From IMG/VR virus record IMGVR_UViG_3300008007_000039, positions 1 to 35,727 of that record: DNA of 35,727 nt. The stretch is one strand, 5' to 3'. The notes under the pieces are model-generated. The model was not told the origin of the DNA and did not search any database. It worked only from the letters and a program-made list of their open reading frames with translations. A program made the position numbers and the translations under genes. Of this stretch, positions 18,751 through 25,035 are shown piece after piece; position 1 is the first letter of the stretch; each line of letters opens with the position of its first letter. Source of the stretch: a virus. Its lineage: Duplodnaviria; Caudoviricetes.

Positions 18751-18776
18751 AAAGGGTGGATTTCCACCCTTTTTTA
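18751..18776. terminator. Rho-independent terminator between convergent genes
   Basis: AAAGGGTGGA-TT-TCCACCCTTT + TTT. Confidence 0.8.
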
Positions 18777-18805
18777 TTTGGCTAAGTATATGGATGGCTT
18801 TTATT

Positions 18806-19105
18806 TTAAGCTGATTCACTCAATTTAGTACACAATAGATAACCTTCAAGCTGCCAAATCTTATTTCGGGCATTATCGCGCGCTATCTTTCTACCAATTT
18901 CTTCATCAAAATTAGCTGGTGACGCTGCTGCACTCTCGCCTGTCACCGTAAATCCATTGCGCAAAGTAAGCGCGCAGACCGTTAGAGTGGTGTTCGGAAA
19001 CACATAATATTGCTCAGATTTGATAGTTGCATCGATCAAATCTGGCGTCAGTCTTGGTGCGTTTAGGTTCTTTTCCTGTATCTCTTTCTCGATTATTTCT
19101 TCCAT
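18806..19105 (-). CDS. N4 Gp49 / Sf6 gp66 family protein
   Basis: 'APRLTPDLIDATIKSEQYYVFPNTTLTVCALTLRNGFTVTGESAAASPANFDEEIGRKIARDNARNKIWQLEGYLL' matches the family signature; own TGCTATAGT promoter at 19177-19185. Confidence 0.85.
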   Translation of the reverse strand: MEEIIEKEIQEKNLNAPRLTPDLIDATIKSEQYYVFPNTTLTVCALTLRNGFTVTGESAAASPANFDEEIGRKIARDNARNKIWQLEGYLLCTKLSESA

Positions 19106-19719
19106 TTTTAGTCCTATTTCGGTTGTTTTTGGTGGGTACTATGCTTTATTTTTGCTCGATTTCTGAGCAGATTCACACTATAGCACACTTGGTTTATGGA
19201 TGTTTTTTGGTGTTTTATCAGGGTATTGGGTGTGGGATGGGTTGGAATTTGGGTTGGAATTAGGTTGGATTGGTATGGAGCTGTCCGAAAAACAGGCTGG
19301 GATTTCGGCGGGACAGTGGTGTTTTAGGTGGTGATTTGGTTAGTTGAACGTGGTATTTTTGGATGAAAATTGATGGGTTTTGGGGTGTTTTCATTTGGTG
19401 TTTTGGATGATTTGAACGGTGGTTTAAATGGTAAAAATAAGTGTGTTTTTGGTGCGTGTTTTGGTTGGTTTTGAGGTGGTTTTTAGTAGGTATTTGAACG
19501 GTGTTTTTATAGGGGTTTTAGAGTGGATTTCATGGGTATTAAATGGGTGCATTTGGTTATTTTTTGTACTGTTTTTGGTGTTAGTTTTGGTAGAATTTCA
19601 GGAGGATTTGAAATATCTGCTGGTTAGGTCGTCAAAATGTACTGTATGAAATGGTTATAAGAATGATTGAAATGTGTTGTTTTTGGAATATAGGAGTGAG
19701 ATTCGGTTGTGACAGAAGT

Positions 19720-19968
19720 TGTCCAAGTGGACAGGATTTTAATAAAAGGAGAAAAAATCGAATAAAAGGAGAATCGTTTCTCCTTAAATAAAACAGTGTT
19801 CGAGCCCAGTAAAGTAGGGGTATATAGTAATATATATATAATAAAAGTATTTAAATAATATAAATAATATAGTTAAGTTTCCTACAGCTTTCCCCCACCC
19901 TATTACTTCCCTTTGATCCCTCCTTTTTTATTTTAAATAAAATTTTAAGATGGTTGTCAAAATGACAA
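19720..19968. other. Candidate phage replication origin / protein-binding hub
   Basis: AATAAAAGGAGAA direct repeat (19741, 19761), AAGGAGAA-TCGT-TTCTCCTT inverted repeat, about 55 bp nearly pure A/T (19821-19875), flanking palindromes TGTCC-N4-GGACA and TTGTCA-AAA-TGACAA. Confidence 0.4.
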
Positions 19969-20100
19969 GGTAGTGTTTTGAAGTGCGGTTGTGTTCGGAG
20001 TGAGATTTTGATGGGAAAAATGGAGTGGATTTCGAGGTGAAAATTTGGGGTGAAAATGGCTGTGAAATTGGTGGGATTTTCAGGGGGTGAAAATTAGGGC

Positions 20101-20129
20101 TTGACACAGGGTGAATTTATGGGTAAGAT
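20101..20129 (+). promoter_or_regulatory. sigma70-like promoter
   Basis: TTGACA-17-TAAGAT upstream of AGGAGG/ATG 20165. Confidence 0.7.
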
Positions 20130-20164
20130 TCATGGTGAATTTTGAGGGGTGAGAGGAGGTTGAA

Positions 20165-20632
20165 ATGGGAGTTGGTGAAATGGGTGAAGTTCGCGAAGGC
20201 TGTGTTGAAGTCCTTGGCTACGAGATTGAAACTGGGAAGCCATACTGGGATTGTGATGGAGATATTGTTCGGTTTGGATTTGCTGACGGAGGTTTGCAGA
20301 TTGCTAAGTTGTTTTTTTGTGGTTGGGATGATTATGGCGCTTGGCACTCAGAAGGTGATCGTGGATTGAGTTACGTTAGCTCGTTGATTTTGATTGAGAC
20401 TGGTGAGAAGGTTCGGAAGGTGCTGAGTGAGCATGAAGCTTTGGAGGAGAAGCTTGGATTCAAGATCGAGATCGGGAAGCTGTATCAGTTTTTTGATGAC
20501 GAAGAATGGGTGATAGGGGTGTTGACTGCGATTGAGCTTGATGACGACGACGGTCTAGTGTTTGAGGCTGACGGATGCGCATGGTGGCAGAATATCAAGG
20601 TGATCTCTATTGACGAATTAGGAGGGTTTTAG
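20165..20632 (+). CDS. Hypothetical acidic protein with internal duplication
   Basis: 'LGYEIETGKPYWD' / 'LGFKIEIGKLYQFFD'; own promoter and terminator. Confidence 0.7.
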   Translation: MGVGEMGEVREGCVEVLGYEIETGKPYWDCDGDIVRFGFADGGLQIAKLFFCGWDDYGAWHSEGDRGLSYVSSLILIETGEKVRKVLSEHEALEEKLGFKIEIGKLYQFFDDEEWVIGVLTAIELDDDDGLVFEADGCAWWQNIKVISIDELGGF

Positions 20633-20700
20633 GGGGTAGGCAGTAGGGTAGCCTAGGTGTAGGGTAGAAAACGTCTGAAATAGTTAAATATGAATGCGAG

Positions 20701-20722
20701 AAGGGGCTTAATAGCCCCTTTT
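20701..20722. terminator. Terminator between convergent genes
   Basis: AAGGGGCT-TAAT-AGCCCCTT-TT. Confidence 0.75.
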
Positions 20723-20767
20723 GTACGAGTGGATTGTGGGATTTGGTTTGAAGATTGGAATTAGTGG

Positions 20768-21010
20768 TTAGTTTTTGGAGATTGGTGGGAACTGATAGAC
20801 GATTTCAGTTGGATGCGGTTTGACTTGCATACCAAGAGTCAATGGGTCTGTGCATTGCTTGGTGTATGGATCTTGGCTTGGATTGAGCTGTGTGTCTTGG
20901 ATTACCTGTCTGTGCTTGTCAAACGCTGCCAGACTTGCAAATACACGGCCACATGATGAGCATCCGCATCGTGATCCTCTGAGTGCTGCTTCGTAAATTG
21001 GTGATTTCAT
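20768..21010 (-). CDS. FDxHR-type putative zinc-binding protein
   Basis: CxxC ('CSSC') + 'FASLAAFDKHR' + 'CTDP'; AGGAG RBS; promoter TTGACA-17-TAAAAT at 21040-21068. Confidence 0.7.
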   Translation of the reverse strand: MKSPIYEAALRGSRCGCSSCGRVFASLAAFDKHRQVIQDTQLNPSQDPYTKQCTDPLTLGMQVKPHPTEIVYQFPPISKN

Positions 21011-21231
21011 AACGACTCCTTTGAGTTAATTGAGTGTGAATTTTATGTGAAAAATTTTAGGATGTCAAGATTGGTGAGTGTAGGTAGAGTGGGTAGGAAG
21101 GGGGGTGGACTAGGGGGTCTAGTATGGTGGATATTAGAGGAAGCTAATGTACCTGAATTAAAATTTGAAAAATAGTGAAGTGGTAGGCCTGTACATCCAT
21201 ACAGTATCAAAAGGGGGTGTAGGCGGGGTAC

Positions 21232-21338
21232 TTATCCACAGGATATCCACAGGATCGACGAAGTTATCCACAAGATACCCACAAGATACTAACAAGTTAT
21301 CCACAGTGTAAAGCCTGGTTATCCACAGGATATCCACA
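21232..21338 (+). promoter_or_regulatory. Array of co-oriented DnaA boxes
   Basis: TTATCCACA at 21232, 21264, 21297, 21319; ATATCCACA at 21243, 21330; degenerate ATACCCACA 21275 and ATACTAACA 21286. Confidence 0.85.
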
Positions 21339-21477
21339 GCCATTCTGTATATCAATACAGTAGTCCAACTTGGAATAATTGAGATTGAATACTGTATATC
21401 CATACACTGTTTAAGTGTACAGATATGGCATACAAACGTGTCAATACTGTATACATATCCAATAGTCCAACCAAGAC

Positions 21478-21547
21478 TAATCCAAGCTAGAACACTGTAT
21501 ATCCACCCATAATCCACCCCATAATAATCCAAGCTAGAACACTGTAT
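21478..21547 (+). repeat. 23-bp exact direct repeat TAATCCAAGCTAGAACACTGTAT x2
   Basis: 21478-21500 and 21525-21547 (47-bp period), each ending in a LexA half-site. Confidence 0.9.
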
Positions 21548-21684
21548 GCCTATCCAGTAATACAACTTAGAATAGTCTATGCTGAAATACTGTATATCCG
21601 ACCAGTAATCCATAGCCATGAACAAATGAATATAGCCTATGCAAATTTGCATACCCTGTCATAATGACAACGTACGACACTAAC

Positions 21685-21702
21685 TGTAAAGATAGGTTTA
21701 CA
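21685..21702. promoter_or_regulatory. TyrR/PhhR-type box
   Basis: TGTAAA-GATAGG-TTTACA is an exact match to TGTAAA-N6-TTTACA. Confidence 0.55.
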
Positions 21703-21996
21703 TTGGCTAGCTTGACATTTGGTTGGTGTTGTGCTATGGCGCTGAAGCTAGGACACCATAGAAAGCCGTATGCGCTGCGATGCATTGAAGCTATACCCTA
21801 GTACGTGATAGGTATAGAAAGGCCGTCGTGAGGCGATATAGGCTGGCGTGAATGGTTGGAATGAGTGCGGTATAGTATAGGCTAGGCAGTAGAATGGTAT
21901 TACATTGGTATTATTAGAATGGGAGTGAATTATTGTTGCGTTAAACGCAATATTTAGTGCGCAAAGTATCTCGCACTATAGTACGAACTAGGGACG

Positions 21997-22018
21997 AAAA
22001 AAAAGCCCGAATGGCTTT
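21997..22018 (-). terminator. Rho-independent terminator
   Basis: AAAGCC-ATTC-GGGCTTTTTTTT on the minus strand. Confidence 0.7.
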
Positions 22019-22031
22019 ATAGTTGGAAGGC

Positions 22032-22154
22032 TCAAAAGTACTGCAAAGCAGTGTAGATCATGCCAATTGCGTAAGTCATATACCAGTTGTAAGAAACAAG
22101 AATCCAAACTAATTTAATCGGTAACAATGCTAGCTTGAGAAGTGACTTGATCAT
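22032..22154 (-). CDS. 40-aa hydrophobic/membrane peptide (not in ORF track)
   Basis: MIKSLLKLALLPIKLVWILVSYNWYMTYAIGMIYTALQYF*; AGGA RBS, promoter TTGACT-17-TATAGT (22189-22217), terminator downstream. Confidence 0.65.
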   Translation of the reverse strand: MIKSLLKLALLPIKLVWILVSYNWYMTYAIGMIYTALQYF

Positions 22155-22431
22155 GATGGTAGTTCCTATCTAGTGAGTTGATGAACGAACTATAGCTATA
22201 TTATTTAAGTGAGTCAAATAATATTTGTAACAAAGTGTAAAAAGTTGAATGGTCGGACAAGAACCAGGATAAATAATCTAGGTCGGGCTTTGCGTGTTTT
22301 CCGTCATAATAGACTAAAACTATCGTCTTAATAGCCTACCCCTATTACGAAAAGGGGAAAATGATACACTATATCATTTACAACTATATCAATATCCGTT
22401 TATATTCAATCTATCTAATATAACACGCACC

Positions 22432-22456
22432 AAAAAAGGGCACTGATTAGTACCCT
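22432..22456 (-). terminator. Rho-independent terminator
   Basis: AGGGTACT-AATC-AGTGCCCT-TTTTT. Confidence 0.75.
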
Positions 22457-22468
22457 GTTCAATTACCA

Positions 22469-22696
22469 TTAATAATTATCAATATGACCGTTCAACGGCG
22501 ATAGAGTCACACCATGATCACGCCACTTGAATTTAAATGTATTCCCTTGCTTTAGCGTTGGAAAACAATTGAAAGCTTTTGAAACATCATTCTGAAAAGC
22601 ATCGACAACCAGGATTTCAACTTGCTCTTTTGTTAATGTCATTTGCTTTACTATTTTGCGACCATTGCGCAAAGTGCACCCAATTAATACAGTCAT
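22469..22696 (-). CDS. Hypothetical early protein
   Basis: AGGGG RBS. Confidence 0.6.
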   Translation of the reverse strand: MTVLIGCTLRNGRKIVKQMTLTKEQVEILVVDAFQNDVSKAFNCFPTLKQGNTFKFKWRDHGVTLSPLNGHIDNY

Positions 22697-22707
22697 TTTA
22701 AACCCCT

Positions 22708-22995
22708 TTATAAAGTATATTCCAGCTCTGGAATAAAACGCTTTATTAATTCAGCTCTAGCAAATTGACCTTGTTTTAATGTCAATCGCTCGTAACCGGT
22801 CATAATTTCAAAACATTGATAAGGTTCACGCTTAAACTTTACGATCTTTAAGCTACTTTGAGATGAGAACGCTATATCATACCCTATATTCTCTGATTCA
22901 TTGACAATTAAAGCTATATTGCCAGATCTACCAGAAACTAAAACAGGTTTACCGTTTATCATATCCAGCGCTTTCTTTATATCCGCTATTTTCAT
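22708..22995 (-). CDS. Hypothetical early protein
   Basis: Start revised to MKIAD (AAGGG RBS); TTGACA at 23057-23062 upstream. Confidence 0.6.
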   Translation of the reverse strand: MKIADIKKALDMINGKPVLVSGRSGNIALIVNESENIGYDIAFSSQSSLKIVKFKREPYQCFEIMTGYERLTLKQGQFARAELIKRFIPELEYTL

Positions 22996-23023
22996 TTTAA
23001 AACCCTTATTCAATTAATTCAAA

Positions 23024-23146
23024 CTACACAAACACAACACCCGCACACAACACCCGTGTCAATACCAAACCTACATTTCTCACGTAGTAGCGCGTTTTAC
23101 CGTTTACCGTGTTTACCACTTCTCTCAATTCGCTTTGATAGATCAT
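23024..23146 (-). CDS. Short ORF (40 aa), possibly truncated by a promoter cassette
   Basis: ATGA overlap with upstream gene; C-terminal half runs through a TTGACA promoter. Confidence 0.35.
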   Translation of the reverse strand: MIYQSELREVVNTVNGKTRYYVRNVGLVLTRVLCAGVVFV

Positions 23147-23313
23147 AATTCACCCGCTACAACATTTAAAACCCATTTCAAACTAACACGTTGCCAGCCA
23201 CTAACGACAATTCCAGCAACTTCACACGATAGCCAATAATGCCCACAATTACTACGTTTAACAAGCCAAACTTTTTTGCTATTAAAACGATCCACAAATT
23301 TGTCAATTGTCAT
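23143..23313 (-). CDS. Small hypothetical protein (56 aa, not in ORF track)
   Basis: AGGTGAG RBS; MTIDKFVDRFNSKKVWLVKRSNCGHYW...*. Confidence 0.6.
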   Translation of the reverse strand: MTIDKFVDRFNSKKVWLVKRSNCGHYWLSCEVAGIVVSGWQRVSLKWVLNVVAGEL

Positions 23314-23317
23314 GATC

Positions 23318-23503
23318 TCACCTTTTTTTATAAACTCTATTTATAAGCTCTATTGTTTCTTTTTCACGGTTTTCAATCTGACATTTAGCATGCGCAGTAA
23401 ACAGCTTTATATAGTCACTTGGCTTTCCTCCGAACTTTTCGGCACGCTCTTTTGCGCTTGGCACCAAAACTACTTTTATTTGTTGCTCGTTAAGTTTAAA
23501 CAT
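23318..23503 (-). CDS. Hypothetical early protein (starts MFKLNEQQIK)
   Basis: GAGGTG RBS; shares leader and first codons with 25036..25551. Confidence 0.65.
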   Translation of the reverse strand: MFKLNEQQIKVVLVPSAKERAEKFGGKPSDYIKLFTAHAKCQIENREKETIELINRVYKKR

Positions 23504-23549
23504 AATCTCACCTCTTAAATTTTGTCTTAATTGACGCCTATACAATAAA
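23478..23549. repeat. 72-bp exact repeat, copy 1 (-10, leader, RBS, first codons)
   Basis: Identical to 25526-25597. Confidence 0.9.
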
Positions 23550-23575
23550 CCCAATTTAAACCGTTGTCAGCAACA

Positions 23576-24010
23576 TTAATCAGCTGGATTATTTTTTATT
23601 ATTGATCTAATATTTTCTTTATTTTTACGCCAGAATTTTAGCGCTTTTTTTCCATCCATTTCTAAAATTCTATTATCATTAAATCCAAACCAATTCTCTA
23701 TCCGGTGATTTTGGCACCCTATTTGAAGTGAATCTTTTGTATACGAAATGTTGTATTCATCAAAAATAAACAACGTTTTGATATTTTTTGAATTACCTAT
23801 ACAATTACTTAAATTAGCACCAGTCAAATTAGCATAAGTCAAATCAGCATCAGTCAAAATAGCATCAGTCAAATCAGCATGACTCAAATTAGCATCAGCC
23901 AATCTGACACCAGTCAAATTAGCATCAGTAAAATCAGCACGCTTACCACCATCATTATTTAGCCATTTCTTATGAAGCTCTAATATCTCATTCAATTCTT
24001 TTTGATTCAT
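23576..24010 (-). CDS. Pentapeptide-repeat protein (copy 1)
   Basis: A(D/N)LxX repeats encoded by 15-nt tandem DNA units, followed by an 'LQIGCQNH..W' C-terminal domain. Confidence 0.9.
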   Translation of the reverse strand: MNQKELNEILELHKKWLNNDGGKRADFTDANLTGVRLADANLSHADLTDAILTDADLTYANLTGANLSNCIGNSKNIKTLFIFDEYNISYTKDSLQIGCQNHRIENWFGFNDNRILEMDGKKALKFWRKNKENIRSIIKNNPAD

Positions 24011-24050
24011 AATCTAACCCTCAATTAATTTAAATTTAAACAACACCAAA

Positions 24051-24079
24051 ACAATAAAGCTATTTCAAACCAGTGTCAA
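24051..24079 (-). promoter_or_regulatory. sigma70 early promoter
   Basis: TTGACA-17-TATTGT; spacer similar to those at 23542-23570 and 25590-25618. Confidence 0.75.
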
Positions 24080-24158
24080 TACCCTTAAAACAAAATAGGG
24101 TTAAACGTTTCAATTCGAATTGTGTTTTACATGATAAAGCCCCAATATTTAAAAGTAT

Positions 24159-24506
24159 TTAAAAGTATTTAAAAGTGAATTTTAATTTGTTCGGTGGTAA
24201 TACACTACCGTCAATCAGCGGTCCGCCAGCTTGCTTGAACTTGCTATTACAAAAATCTAGCGCCTCTTTTCTAGAATTACAATACCCACTAGCAACTACT
24301 CTATGCAGTGAACGCCACTCGCTAGAATCATAAACGATTTCGCACACGCAATACAAGCCCTTTTTGCGCGGCTTGAAAAGCTTTTCACGCACTTCTTTTA
24401 AGCTAGTAATTCCACTAACTAGAATTTCCCCGCCTTTCAAAAAATGAATTTTATTCATTTCCGGCGCGTATGTATGCCGTTCAAGGATGTATTTCATTTC
24501 ATTCAC
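24159..24506 (-). CDS. Hypothetical early protein
   Basis: 115 aa ORF after promoter TTGACA-17-CATAGT (24555-24583). Confidence 0.55.
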   Translation of the reverse strand: MNEMKYILERHTYAPEMNKIHFLKGGEILVSGITSLKEVREKLFKPRKKGLYCVCEIVYDSSEWRSLHRVVASGYCNSRKEALDFCNSKFKQAGGPLIDGSVLPPNKLKFTFKYF

Positions 24507-24715
24507 ATTTCAGTTAATTCAATCTATTTTTTAATCTTACTGCCAACAAACAGAACTATGCCTAACAAAATTGCCAATGTCAACACACAACAAAAAGAAA
24601 AACCAAAAATACTTACTAAACCAAAAACACGCGCAATAGTAAACAAGCCAAGCCACGCGCAAATAAACAGAAAGCACGCGCAAAAATCAATTGCAAATTT
24701 CATCTTCTTTACTCC

Positions 24716-24743
24716 AAAAAAAAGGCGTCACCTTAATAACGCC
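24716..24743 (-). terminator. Rho-independent terminator
   Basis: GGCGTTA-TTAAGG-TGACGCC-TTTTTTTT. Confidence 0.75.
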
Positions 24744-24751
24744 CTATCCAT

Positions 24752-24865
24752 TTAAATCTTACCGGTTACAATTCCAGCGAAGCAAACAGCTATGAAAATC
24801 AAACCGGAAACCAGATCAACCCCAAACACTAAAGCCATGACCGCCAAAATAACTAGAAACTTCAT
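24752..24865 (-). CDS. 37-aa membrane peptide (not in ORF track)
   Basis: GGGGG RBS; MKFLVILAVMALVFGVDLVSGLIFIAVCFAGIVTGKI*. Confidence 0.55.
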   Translation of the reverse strand: MKFLVILAVMALVFGVDLVSGLIFIAVCFAGIVTGKI

Positions 24866-24878
24866 TAATTACCCCCAT

Positions 24879-24911
24879 AATACAACCAACAATACAACCA
24901 ACAATACAACC
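24879..24911 (+). repeat. 12-bp tandem repeat AATACAACCAAC x2.75
   Basis: Direct reading of sequence. Confidence 0.8.
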
Positions 24912-24917
24912 CACAAA

Positions 24918-25034
24918 TTAACAATAAATACGCTTTAGTGCTCGACGTTCGCCACGTTGTTTCCGCTCTTTATAAGCTTCAACACGTTCACGTTTATCAA
25001 GTTTTTGACCTTTTTCGGTTTTAATCATTTTCAT
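24918..25034 (-). CDS. 38-aa basic peptide (not in ORF track)
   Basis: MKMIKTEKGQKLDKRERVEAYKERKQRGERRALKRIYC*, starts 1 nt after the upstream stop. Confidence 0.5.
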   Translation of the reverse strand: MKMIKTEKGQKLDKRERVEAYKERKQRGERRALKRIYC

Positions 25035-25035
25035 T

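Larger units (their letters stand above)
21189..21605. promoter_or_regulatory. Array of LexA (SOS) boxes
   Basis: CTGT-N9-CAG at 21189, 21345, 21407, 21542, 21590; variants with one mismatch at the last base at 21392, 21447, 21495. Confidence 0.8.

Noticed and set aside
19027-19649. Plus-strand ORFs 19027..19263 and 19428..19649
   Set aside because: Low-complexity G/T tract giving V/F/L-rich translations without RBS.
21232-21338. Captured bacterial oriC / host contamination
   Set aside because: Flanked by phage genes; no dnaA/gidA/mioC context and no GATC-rich 13-mers.
21345-21615. CRISPR-like mini-array
   Set aside because: Repeats are degenerate and match LexA operators, spacers are partly repeated, and there are no cas genes.
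21158-21652. 164-aa minus-strand ORF (and 21567..21785) across the binding-site array
   Set aside because: No RBS; its W/I/Y-rich repetitive translation is a by-product of DnaA and LexA box repeats.
24444-24755. 103-aa plus-strand ORF
   Set aside because: Runs antisense across a promoter, A-rich spacer and terminator; low-complexity K/N-rich translation.
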